This document shows, one piece after another, positions 1 through 10,324 of a stretch of 64,000 nt of DNA (positions are counted from its first letter, which is position 1; each line of letters starts with the position of its first letter). Below the pieces are notes generated by a model. The model did not search any database and was not told the origin of the DNA. It saw only the letters and a list, made by a program, of their open reading frames with translations. The position numbers and the translations under genes are program-made. The DNA lies in assembly GCA_949358305.1 (NCBI GenBank), contig OX442314.1, forward strand, positions 27,714,001 through 27,778,000. The letters run 5' to 3'. This stretch comes from Strigamia acuminata (lineage: Eukaryota).

Positions 1-2
1 GA

Positions 3-392
3 GTTTGGCAACCAAATCAGCGCATTGCGTACAACTTTCTGCGGGTGAACGGCGTGCATGTGAAGAAGATGGAGGATGACAGCAAGAACTGCTTGATGAA
101 CAAACACTCGCGGAATATGCAGTACGAAAACCACCATTGGAAGTCGGACGTTTTCAATGTGGATCAGCCAAAGTTGAAGATTAATTTGAGACGGCGGCAA
201 AACTCGAACAGGAATCCCATCACGTGGGAGGAGACGAAACACGACGCGCCGAATTGGCACAAGTGCGACACGCCGTTGTTCGACATGACCGTTTCGGACA
301 GGATTTATGCGAGGCCGGCGGTCAAGTGTCGCAAGATGGAGATCATTCGCAACCCGATCACCGGCGAGGAAGTGAATTTTACACGTGGTTGA
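3..392 (+). CDS. 3' part of an intronless basic protein, RNPITG-motif family paralog 1 (5' end outside window)
   Basis: Frame is open from the window edge (VWQPNQRIAYNFLRVNGVHVKKMEDDSK...NHHWKSDVF...RNPITWE...RNPITGEEVNFTRG*). It is GC-rich against an AT-rich background and aligns with 1520-2518 (GVHVKRWEDDSK, NHHWKSTVF, RNPITG). Confidence 0.75.
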   Translation, partial: VWQPNQRIAYNFLRVNGVHVKKMEDDSKNCLMNKHSRNMQYENHHWKSDVFNVDQPKLKINLRRRQNSNRNPITWEETKHDAPNWHKCDTPLFDMTVSDRIYARPAVKCRKMEIIRNPITGEEVNFTRG

Positions 393-774
393 GTTGGTTT
401 TCGATTAGTTTGGCTTTGGAATTATTATTGGGTTCTGACTTCTGAGTCGACAAAAAATGGAAAAATAAGAAATGATGAGTGAAGGAAAAAAAATCGTAAT
501 TCTAAACATAAATTGATTAGTATATTTTTATAAAAAATATGTAAAAATATATTTTTATTAAAAAATATGTAAAAACAACGCAAAAGTTAATTGTATTAAA
601 AAAATGTGCAAAATGGAATTATTCTCTCTTTTATTTTTATTTTTATTTTATTTTATTAATAAAAATTAGAATTATTTGTCATCAACAGGACCCGTATTAA
701 TTATGCAAAAATTGATGAAAACAGAATATTTTATGACGAAATAGATAAAACAGCAATATTTTTGTATCTGAAAA

Positions 775-1260
775 TAGTGTACAAAATAACGTAAAAACAC
801 CAATTTTGTGTACAAAATAACGTAAAAACACCAATTTTGTGTACACAATAATGTAAAAACACCAATTTTGTGTACAAAATAACGTAAAAACATTATTTTT
901 TGTACAAAATAACGTAAAAAATTATTTTTTGTACAAAATAACGTAAAAACACAAATCCTGTGTACAAAATAACGTGAAAACACCAATTTTGTGTAGAAAA
1001 TACCGTAAAAACACCAATTTTGTGTATAAAATAACGTAAAAACACCAGTTTTGTGTACAAAATAACGTAAAAACATTATTTTTTGTACAAAATAACGTAA
1101 AAACACAAATGGTGTGTACAAAATAACGTAAAAACACAAATGGTGTGTACAAAATAACGTAAAAACACAAATGGTGTGTACAAAATAACGTAAAAACACA
1201 AACGTTGTGTCCAAAATAACGTAAAAACACCAATTTGTATGCAAAAAAATAAACGAAAAC
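775..1260. repeat. ~31-bp minisatellite (TGTACAAAATAACGTAAAAACACCAATTTTG)n
   Basis: About 15 imperfect tandem copies are visible; they explain the spurious minus-strand ORFs at 672-1298. Confidence 0.9.
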
Positions 1261-1525
1261 AGCACATTTTGATTTAAAAACTCATTTTTTCCTAACACTC
1301 CTTCGCTTGCCTCAACGGTGGCGCCGTCCCCACACCATCACATCCGCAACACACAAAACCCCCAAAACCAACTCCAAAACAAACCGACGTCATTCCGCCA
1401 TTTGTTCCCCCACGAAACAATAACCACATCACTCCCCAATTATTACTAAACCACACAACACAACAAGACTAACGCGAAAAATGTTTAGACATCCAATACA
1501 AGAAAATTAACCAAGTAAGTTGACG

Positions 1526-2518
1526 ATGAGTTACGACAAACCAGTCCGTTTCGTAAAATACATGAGCGAAATTGGCTCCGAAGAAAGCCGAGCACGATGC
1601 AGCATTCGAATCAAGAAACCACCGGTCGTCACGGCTGCGACGTGTCGTCCTTTTCTCTTACGTAACATGAACAAACCTCCGGTACCTTCAACACGAATCC
1701 TCCGCAGAAAACAAGTGCTCTCCTACAGACACCGGAACCCCGAGTACAGCAGTCGACAAGTGCGCAGGGCCTTAAATTGCAGAGACACTTCCTATTGGAA
1801 CCTCAACCCCATCGTAAGAAAAACCAAACAACACACCAACGCCAACGTTCGTCCGGACGGCGTTAAGGCCCGATTCAGGCCGCTCGCCGCCCCTGGAGAC
1901 CGCACAACGGACAACTTGTCGCCAGCCGAACCTAAGAAATTCTCCGACAGCTCGCGAAGAGGGACCTACCAATCGCAATACGTGCACCAATGTCTGAGCG
2001 ACGAGGAGGACGACCCCGACTCGAAGTTGCGGGTGGTTAAGGTGAATCCCGCTTTGGTTACGACCGATATGAGGGACTGTGCGGTTCCGGAGAAGAAGAA
2101 AAATAAGAGGATGCTGCACCCGGCTTACGTCAACGGCAGCGCGTATTATAGTATTCTTGGGCCGGCTGCGGATCAGATTGTGTGGCAGCCGACGCGCTCG
2201 ATGGCGTACGAGTTGGTCGGGACGAAGGGCGTGCACGTGAAGAGGTGGGAAGACGACAGCAAGCAAAAGATTATGAATAAACAAAAACACAATTTGAAAT
2301 TTAAAAACCATCATTGGAAATCGACGGTTTTCGCCGAGCCGAAGAAGGATCTGGGGAATGAAAACGTTTATAAATACAATAATATTCTTCAGGAGAACGG
2401 GAGTGAGGTTTCGCGGCGCGCTGAGAGCGTCATTAGTCGGAGACGTGGTGCGGATGTTCGCAATCCTATCACGGGGGCGAGGATATCATACGATCGCAAA
2501 AGTTGCAGGGAAGAGTGA
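1526..2518 (+). CDS. Intronless basic low-complexity protein (~330 aa), RNPITG-motif family paralog 2
   Basis: Long GC-rich ORF with first ATG at 1526. It shares VWQP..AY, GVHVK..EDDSK, NHHWKS.VF and C-terminal VRNPITG with its neighbours. Confidence 0.75.
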   Translation: MSYDKPVRFVKYMSEIGSEESRARCSIRIKKPPVVTAATCRPFLLRNMNKPPVPSTRILRRKQVLSYRHRNPEYSSRQVRRALNCRDTSYWNLNPIVRKTKQHTNANVRPDGVKARFRPLAAPGDRTTDNLSPAEPKKFSDSSRRGTYQSQYVHQCLSDEEDDPDSKLRVVKVNPALVTTDMRDCAVPEKKKNKRMLHPAYVNGSAYYSILGPAADQIVWQPTRSMAYELVGTKGVHVKRWEDDSKQKIMNKQKHNLKFKNHHWKSTVFAEPKKDLGNENVYKYNNILQENGSEVSRRAESVISRRRGADVRNPITGARISYDRKSCREE

Positions 2519-2734
2519 AAATTATAAATTGTTTATTTTTTTTTTTATTTTTTATTTTTTTTTTTACTTTATTTTGTTTAATTAATATTTTAAAATTTCA
2601 TATAATGCAATGTCAATGTTAAAATCGTAAATATTTAAGTTGCAAATTTTAAATATTTTGTTTTGTGAATGGCAGTAAAACGTTATGCGTGTAAATGTAC
2701 AATATGTAAAAGAATAAAAATCGTATAAATGGAT

Positions 2735-3180
2735 GGATTTTCCTCCATAGAAAAGCATTTTTTCCTCTTAGAAATGCATTTTTTCTCTCAGAAATACATT
2801 TTTTCTCTTAAAAATGCATTTTTTTCTTGGAAATGCACTTTTTTCTCTAAGAAATGCAATTTTTCTCTTAGAAATGAATTTTTTCCTCATAGAAATGCAT
2901 TTATCCTCTTAGAAATGCATTTTTTCTCTTAGAAATGCATTTTTCTCTCAGAAATACATTTTTTCTCTTAAAAATGCATTTTTTTTCTTAGAAATGCACT
3001 TTTTTCTCTAAGAAATGCAATTTTTCTCTTAGAAATGCATTTTTTCCTCTTAGAAATGCATTTATCCTTTTAGAAATGCATTTTTCTCTTAGAAATCCAT
3101 TTTTTCTTTTAGAAATTCATTTTTTCCCTTAGAAATCCATTTTCTTCTCTTAGGAATGCATCTTTCTCATAAAAATACAT
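2735..3180. repeat. ~20-bp minisatellite (TTAGAAATGCATTTTTTCTC)n
   Basis: About 20 imperfect tandem copies. Confidence 0.9.
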
Positions 3181-3296
3181 TTTTACATCCAAAAATTTCC
3201 CTATTACACAAAAGTTCAATTTTAGGCACAATAATAAACGCCCTCGTGATTTCATTGACCATCTCAACCCCAATGCACATTTCTCCCAAATCAAAA

Positions 3297-3298
<2 letters not shown>

Positions 3299-3373
<75 letters not shown>
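3299..3373. repeat. Poly(A) tract (~75 nt)
   Basis: Mononucleotide run; explains the poly-K and poly-F ORFs. Confidence 0.95.
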
Positions 3374-3375
<2 letters not shown>

Positions 3376-3595
3376 TTCATCTCCAACAAACACTAAAAAC
3401 AAACAACCCAAATCTCAATTTCCACACTCCCACAATCACGTATTTCAATTTATCTAATCCATTGTTATCTATCACTCATTGTAAGTTCAGTTCTTTTCCG
3501 CACCCTGGCCGACTTGGTTCAGCACAAAAATTAACCAATGTAAATCCATCCCCGGACCACTCAACCGCACAAAAAGACAAAAAATTCCAGCAAGA

Positions 3596-4543
3596 ATGAA
3601 AGGCAGGTCACTCGTCAGCAACCGAATGTCCATAGCGGACCTCGGCGACGACACAGCCTGGAAATACCACATACGAATTAAGCCTCAAAACGTAGCAGCG
3701 TCGAGCCATCCCTTTTCCGTCTACGAAATCAACTCCAAATCATCCGCACAACACACTCTCAGACCCCGACTAATCCACCACCACTACCAGGACTTACGAC
3801 AACTAAATCTCCCCATCTTCGACGCAAAATCCAACGGCCGCAGCTCTCCGACGGGCCGCTGTTTCGGGCGCTGCTCTCCGCATCCGCACGGACGCTGCTC
3901 CCCGAACCTCCTGCATTACTCCGAGCAACCCGACACGACAATTCGTCCGCTGAGCCCCCGAAGTGCGCAGAACCTCAATTTCGACAGCTCCAGGGTGCAA
4001 ACGCAATTGAGTTGGGTCCCGAAGAACAAACAAGACACGGAGGTTTCGCCTCGACGAATACGAAAAAATGTCGTTTCGAATTGCGAGAGAAAGGCGTTCA
4101 AAATTAACGAGGAATACGGGCAAAATGTGGTCAAAGAGGCGCGCAGCACGCGGCACTTGCGCACGCAGGCTGCGAGCACGTATAATTTTCTGGACGGCGC
4201 GGCGGAGTCGGTGTGGAAGCCGGGTCGCCGACAGAGTCGTCCGGCGATGCACACGAGTCAGTTGAACTTCGATAACTGTGATAACGTTGAGAAGAGACAG
4301 CGCGAGCGGCCTTCGAAGCGTTTGAATCGTGATTGCAGTAAATCTAGTTTGTTTGGTTCGGACATATCAAACGTGAATAAGAAACGGCATCGGAATTTGA
4401 ACGTTTCGAACGTGTGCAGCGGGGAAGTGTTGTTCAGACCGAGTATCAAGGTTAAGCAATTTGACGACGTGCGCAATCCGATTACTGGTGAATGTATTAG
4501 TTACACGCAGCTTTGTCCGGCGGAGAAAAAGAAGGGACTTTAG
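3596..4543 (+). CDS. Intronless basic Ser/Arg/Pro-rich protein (315 aa), RNPITG-motif family paralog 3 (more diverged)
   Basis: Long GC-rich ORF. STYNFLDGAAESVWKP matches SAYYSILGPAADQIVWQP of paralog 2, and it ends ...VRNPITGECISY. Confidence 0.72.
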   Translation: MKGRSLVSNRMSIADLGDDTAWKYHIRIKPQNVAASSHPFSVYEINSKSSAQHTLRPRLIHHHYQDLRQLNLPIFDAKSNGRSSPTGRCFGRCSPHPHGRCSPNLLHYSEQPDTTIRPLSPRSAQNLNFDSSRVQTQLSWVPKNKQDTEVSPRRIRKNVVSNCERKAFKINEEYGQNVVKEARSTRHLRTQAASTYNFLDGAAESVWKPGRRQSRPAMHTSQLNFDNCDNVEKRQRERPSKRLNRDCSKSSLFGSDISNVNKKRHRNLNVSNVCSGEVLFRPSIKVKQFDDVRNPITGECISYTQLCPAEKKKGL

Positions 4544-4782
4544 TTGATTTCTTTTTAGTTTTAGAAAATGTTTTATTTGGTTTGATTTTGTGTGATAACT
4601 GATACGGTTTTAGAAAAATATGAAATAAAATGTGAAATTTGTCTCCCACGATTTTTTGTTGATTATAATTACGAAATTAGCGGTATCAAAAACCGGTATT
4701 TTTTAAGAAAATACCGAATACTGTCTTTGGTATCGGTTTCTTCCGTTGAATGACATTTTTTTAAACATAAAAATGTGAGTTT

Positions 4783-4937
4783 TCGATTTTTATACGTAAA
4801 AATTAGAAATTAATCGATTTTTATACGTAAAAATTAGAAATTAATCGATTTTTATACGTAAAAATTAGAAATTAATCGATTTTTATACGTAAAAATTAGA
4901 AATTAATCGATTTTTATACGTAAAAATTAGAAATTAT
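4783..4937. repeat. 31-bp tandem repeat (TCGATTTTTATACGTAAAAATTAGAAATTAA)n
   Basis: About 5 near-perfect copies. Confidence 0.9.
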
Positions 4938-5393
4938 TCAATTTTTTCCACAAAAAAATGAGAATATATTGATTTTTTAACTTAAAAATGAGAATTTATC
5001 AAATTTCTTAACTTAAAAATCTTATATACTCTCAATTTATAAATTTAAAAAAAAAATTCAATTTCAACTAATAAAACCAACACCTGATAACATAACAATC
5101 CCACATTCATCAAACTGCTACAACCCATTCAAAATAATAATTTAAAAAAATTAAAATGAAAACATTACGATTAAAATAGTATAATATTTAACATCGCAGC
5201 TATTTTATTTTACCGTATTACCGAAAAATACTGGTTTTACCAAAAGTCTCGATTTATAGAAATCCTCTTACAAATAATTACACGAGTAATAATTCTTCAT
5301 TTTAATTATATCAGAGTTTTGAACCGTAGGTCTTTTTACTGCGTTTGAACATTGACCTCCATTCATTGCTCGTCGGGTTCCTCGACTTACAAG

Positions 5394-8300
5394 ATGTCGT
5401 TTTTGAACGTCGATCCGCAAAGCGATTTTCCCATCCAAAATTTGCCATATGGCGTATTTTCGACTCAAAAAATGGTGAGTTTTTGTGTTTTTTGTGTGTT
5501 TTTCAGCCCAAATTTGATTCACTTTTAGCCGGTGCATCGGATTGGAGTGGCGATAGGGGATCAAATATTGGATTTACGAGCGATAAAACATCTGTTCGAC
5601 GGGCAGTATATGAGAAATCAGCAACAAGTGCTCGATGAAGTAATTATACACATATATAAATTTTATATCTAAAAATTTAAAAAATTTAAAAAATTTTGTC
5701 AGCCTTCGCTTAATGCATTTATGGCACTGGGTCGTCCAGCTTGGATGGAAGCCAGACGTTTAATTGCGCAACTGCTATCTGGTGATGACGCAAGGATCCG
5801 CGATGACCCTGAACTCAGAGCCAAGTATTATCTTCCTTATCTTCGCGATGGAAATGAGAAACTGTAGCAAACTTTGCTTATTTATAGGGCTTTTGTTCAC
5901 CAAAGCGACGCAACGATGCACTTGCCAGCCGAAATTGGTTAACTAAATCAATAAAGAAATGAATAAATTTTTGATGTTTTCGTTTGCTTCGTTTTGTTTA
6001 GGTGATTATACTGATTTCTATTCATCAATTCACCATGCAACTAATGTTGGTACTATGTTTCGTGGAAAAGAGAATGCCTTAATGCCCAATTGGTAATTTT
6101 GCTTATTAATCTTGATGCCAAAATCCAACTGAAAAATTCCAATCTGCGCAAAAAATACATGATTTTTAGAAATGATACAAGATAGCAGCACTAAATAGTT
6201 GTAGACTTTTGTGTGAATACAGTCGAAACTCTTTAAAACGAATCGCGATGTAACGAATTATCGATATAACGAATACCTAAAAATGGCTGGTTTAGTTGCC
6301 AATTCGTTATAACGAATTGATTTTTCAGGTCCCTTGCTTGTGATTCGTTATAAAGAGTTTCGACTGTACTGGATTTAGTGCTTGAATTTGGCATCAAAAT
6401 ACTGAGCGTAGATTGTATGTTCAGAGTTTAGACCGCACTAGGCGAGTTCAAAGTTTCGGATTTTACGGTTTTTACCGAATTTTTATTCACCATGTACTCG
6501 GGCGATAACGATCATTTTCAGTCATTTTCGGTACGTTTTTGGACAATAGAGAGTTTGCGGGATGCATTTTTCCCATATTTTGTGCCACGTTACACTATAT
6601 TAGTGCCATATCGTAAGGGAAAAATCTTTAGTGTATCGTTTTCAACACTAAATTAAAATATAGCGCAGCCAATCAGAATTGAGAACACTAAATTGTTAGC
6701 TCCGCCCACACAACAGTCAAAGGTATGTAGATTGAATGATAAGTGAGGCCCAAAATTAAATTTTAGGCCCAAAGCCATACTTTATAGGCATAATAATGGA
6801 ATTTTATGCAGAAATTTGCACATTTACGCCCCCAAATTGAATTTTTAGGCCCAAAATTACTAACTGTCAGTAGTTGGCTGAAATAGTGTAGTGATAAGGG
6901 AAAAGTGCAGCCCGCAAAAACTTAATTTATCATTTTTCCCTTACACTATTTTTATACGGTATAGTCTTTAACTGTGAGGGAAAAATGCAACTCGCAAACT
7001 CTCTATTGATATGGCAGAAACGAAGCTAAAACGTGTTGCAAATTTGGGATCATTACTTATTTAAATCAAGTAAATATTTTTAATTCATTGCAATTTAACA
7101 ACAGCGCAATTTTGGGAGCAATTTTAGTGATCGCAAATTAGGACATCGCAAATATGGTCCTACACCGTAACTTTGAACTTATTGTATACCGTAACTAACA
7201 TTGCAATATTGTCTGTTTAAACTCAACTAGGAAATACCTCCCTGTCGGTTATCATGGCAGGGCCTCGTCGGTTGTCATTTCGAAGACTCCGATTAGAAGA
7301 CCTGTGGGACAATCTCGACCAAACGACAGTAAGTGCATTCTGACAATTATACAGGGTGTCCCAAAAGCCAGCCATTGTGGCAAAAATTAAATTTTTACTG
7401 CAAAAGTACTGAATTTCTTCAATAAATGTATTCAAATTTCCATTATTATGCAAGTTAACAAGAAAAACTACCATTTTTTTTAATGTCTAAATTAATTTAT
7501 TTTCATAAGAAGAAAAAATTTCAATTTGCTGATTTATTTTCCCTTTTTTCTTAAAAAAAAAAACAGTTAACTTAAGATGACTAACTTGTAAGATAAGTTG
7601 GATAGTACTAATTTGATGGTGCTCTACAACTTTCTGATTGGAAATTGTGCTCTAACCTGATTGGACATAAAATGGAAAACTACATTGCCAATGATGCTTT
7701 GGAATTTTCTATTTTCAATTTTACACGTTCAACTGCAATTTAAAAGAGACTTTTTGAATGCAGCTAGAATTTCTTTTGATTGTTTTGTTTAGCTCAGCCA
7801 CCAGTATTCGGTGCCTGCAAGCAACTCGATTTCGAGTTAGAGATGGCTTTCTTCAACGGACCCGCAACTACGTTAGGCCAACCAATTCCCGCATCTAAAG
7901 CTGAAGATTACATTTTTGGAATGGTCCTTATGAACGATTGGAGTGGTCTGCCATTAATTTAACTCCCTTTAACCTATTAGTAATTGCGTGAATGTTTTTA
8001 TAGCAAGAGATATCCAAAAATGGGAATATGTTCCTCTTGGCCCATTTACATCGAAGAATTTAGGAACTGTGATCTCACCGTGGGTTGTCACAATGGAAGC
8101 TTTGGAACCATTTAAAACCAACAATTCTTCTCAGGTGACTTAATAAAATACAGTGTAATCTGTACAGACTGGACAGGTTTGCAGGACCTAACCTATATCT
8201 CATCTGGACACCCTTTTAGTCAAATGTCCAATATCCGGTCTGTACAGACTACAATGTATGTGTGCATGTTTAAAAGGAAATGAATAAATGTTTGAAATTT

Positions 8301-9757
8301 CTTGATAGGATCCAGAGCCATTTCCATATTTGCAACACAAGGATCCTTACTCGTTTGATATTAAATTAGAAGTTGCACTGACACGTAACCACAAATTTAT
8401 ATTAAGCATTAAAAATACGATATCTATTGCCAGGGGAAAATAACGTGGCGTCCCAACCTAACCTGGCAGGATACCGGGAATTATTTCCCGGTGGCCCATG
8501 GAACTACGAATTTTTCTCTCCGTTCGTTGTGGCCCGATCTATCCAGATTTCCGGGTATATATTTGTTCCCGTGGCCCGACCTGTCCAGATTTCCCGGTAC
8601 TAAATTTGTTCCCAGTCCAGCCCTGCCTGTTTTTTTTTGGTCGTTTTTCAAGTTTCATTACCAAAATTTTTTTATGCCGATTTAATAATAAATAATAAAT
8701 AATAAAAGTTGAATTTTTGCTGGAAAATTGTGGCTCGGACCCACGATTTCAGGGCAGGGCCGCCAAACCGAAGCCTTACTTTTACCATATCAATTGGCAT
8801 TTTGGACCAAAGCATTTTCCCCTATCAATAGATATTTCCTAAAAAAAAAAAATTAAATTCCATTTAACCAAAAACTCCTTTCAAATTCAGCTAAGGGAAC
8901 CAACACACCACTTACAATCTGCAAAACAAACTTTAAGGTAACTTTGAAATATTTCAATTGAATTACACACATAAAAATTCTTATTTATCTTGATAGAATA
9001 TGTATTGGACTATGAAACAACAATTGGCTCAGCAGACAGTAACAGGTTGCAATCTGAATCCAGGAGACCTCCTAGCATCTGGCACCATTAGTGGCGAGGT
9101 AACTCATGCCTAGTGCATTAAAAATAAAATTATAAACAATAAAGCCTCTATTTAGACGCCAGATTCTTTTGGAAGCATGTTGGAACTATCTTGGAGGGGG
9201 ACAAAACCTCTGAACATTGGCAATGGTTTAACACGCGTCTTCATTGAAGATGGGGATGAGGTTATCATGAATGGTAAGAGCGAAACTAACAGTGGCGAGT
9301 CACCGCATAGGCGCAAACAAACGCATATCTGCAGGGCTGGACTGAGTACAAATTTAGTACCGGGAAATCTGGATGTGTCAGACCACAGGGACAGGCTACG
9401 AGGGGCCAGGGAATGGGCCAAGGTGGGCCTGCCACCGGTCACTGAGTCACGAGCCAGTCCAGCACTGCATATCTGGACCTTTGGATAAATATAAATCCAC
9501 ACACCACCAAAGTCCCTATGCCAGGGCCTCAAAAACAATTGTTGATTTAAGAAATAGGGTGCGCTTTGGGGCCCTCCAAATGAATGATCCGCCACTGGAA
9601 AGCAATGTGGTTTATCTGATTTAAAAAGTGTTAATTATGTTCTGTAGGTTACTGTCAAGGAAATGGCTATCGAATTGGATTTGGCTCTTGCAGCAGCAAA
9701 GTTTTGCCAGCAATTTTAGACATCAGATCAAGTGAACAAGCCAAAGTCGAACTCTAG
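5394..9757 (+). CDS. FAH: Fumarylacetoacetase, 13 exons, ~429 aa
   Basis: GT-AG exons 5394-5474, 5529-5639, 5703-5824, 5888-5937, 6002-6092, 7231-7328, 7793-7945, 8004-8134, 8309-8384, 8891-8937, 8997-9098, 9156-9273 and 9648-9757 splice in frame. The product carries FAH motifs [96 protein letters not shown] and GYRIGFG. Confidence 0.97.
6220..6366. mobile_element. Tc1/pogo-type MITE in FAH intron
   Basis: TA|CAGTCGAAACTCTTT...AAAGAGTTTCGACTG|TA terminal inverted repeats with TA target duplication. Confidence 0.8.
6544..7008. mobile_element. Non-autonomous DNA transposon (MITE) in FAH intron
   Basis: Inverted ends CAATAGAGAGTTTGCG...CGCAAACTCTCTATTG plus internal inverted subterminal repeats. 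Confidence 0.65.
9290..9597. mobile_element. hAT-type MITE containing a nested hAT MITE (9332-9467)
   Basis: Outer element CAGTGGCG...CGCCACTG has a degenerate 8-bp TSD (GAAACTAA/GAAAGCAA). Inner element CAGGGCTGGACT...AGTCCAGCACTG has a perfect 8-bp TSD CATATCTG. Confidence 0.75.
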
Positions 9758-10324
9758 AGAAAATCCAAGATGGCCGTTGGCCGGTGTAGAAATGTGAAAA
9801 ACATGCGGCCATTGAACGACGGCAAACTTGATCAAAATAACAAACACCTGACTATAAAAATGTACAAGAAATAAAGATTCATTTTGTTTCTCACTATAAA
9901 TATTAAATGGGGCACATACTTCCAATCTGAACGTTAAAAAATACACCAATCCGAGCTAAACAATTGAACGGACACCTTGAAATGAAATTTGAGAAGTGCA
10001 GCTCGCAGATCGAATCGTCATGCTTCTGATTGGTTACTTAGGCAGAGGACCAAAAAGTCCAGATTTTTAAATAATTTTTTCATTTTTAGTTTTATTCCAT
10101 ATAAATTTCTTTTATTTCTAAAACGAATTTTGGATATTTCTATCCAATAAAAACGAGTAATATCGCAATTCCACCGTGTTGTGTTTCTTCGAGTTGCATG
10201 TAGATGTCAGCACCAAACATTCTCGCCGCAACGTCACCAGTGACGCGCACCAATCAGCGCGCCAGCGCAAAATCCGATCTGTTGCCATGTCTGTGTTCGA
10301 TGCCGGCAAATAACGTGTCACAAA

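Noticed and set aside
672..1298. 208-aa and overlapping minus-strand ORFs; superficially CRISPR-like periodic repeat
   Set aside because: A plain tandem minisatellite with no unique spacers; the ORFs are repeat translations and the context is eukaryotic.
3109..3599. Poly-Lys and poly-Phe ORFs
   Set aside because: Products of a poly(A) tract.
1772..4476. Antisense ORFs overlapping the RNPITG genes
   Set aside because: Expected shadows of GC-rich coding sequence; no motifs.
9720..9757. FAH C-terminal extension ending KVEL, resembling an ER-retention signal
   Set aside because: FAH has no signal peptide here, so the motif cannot act in the ER lumen; likely coincidence.
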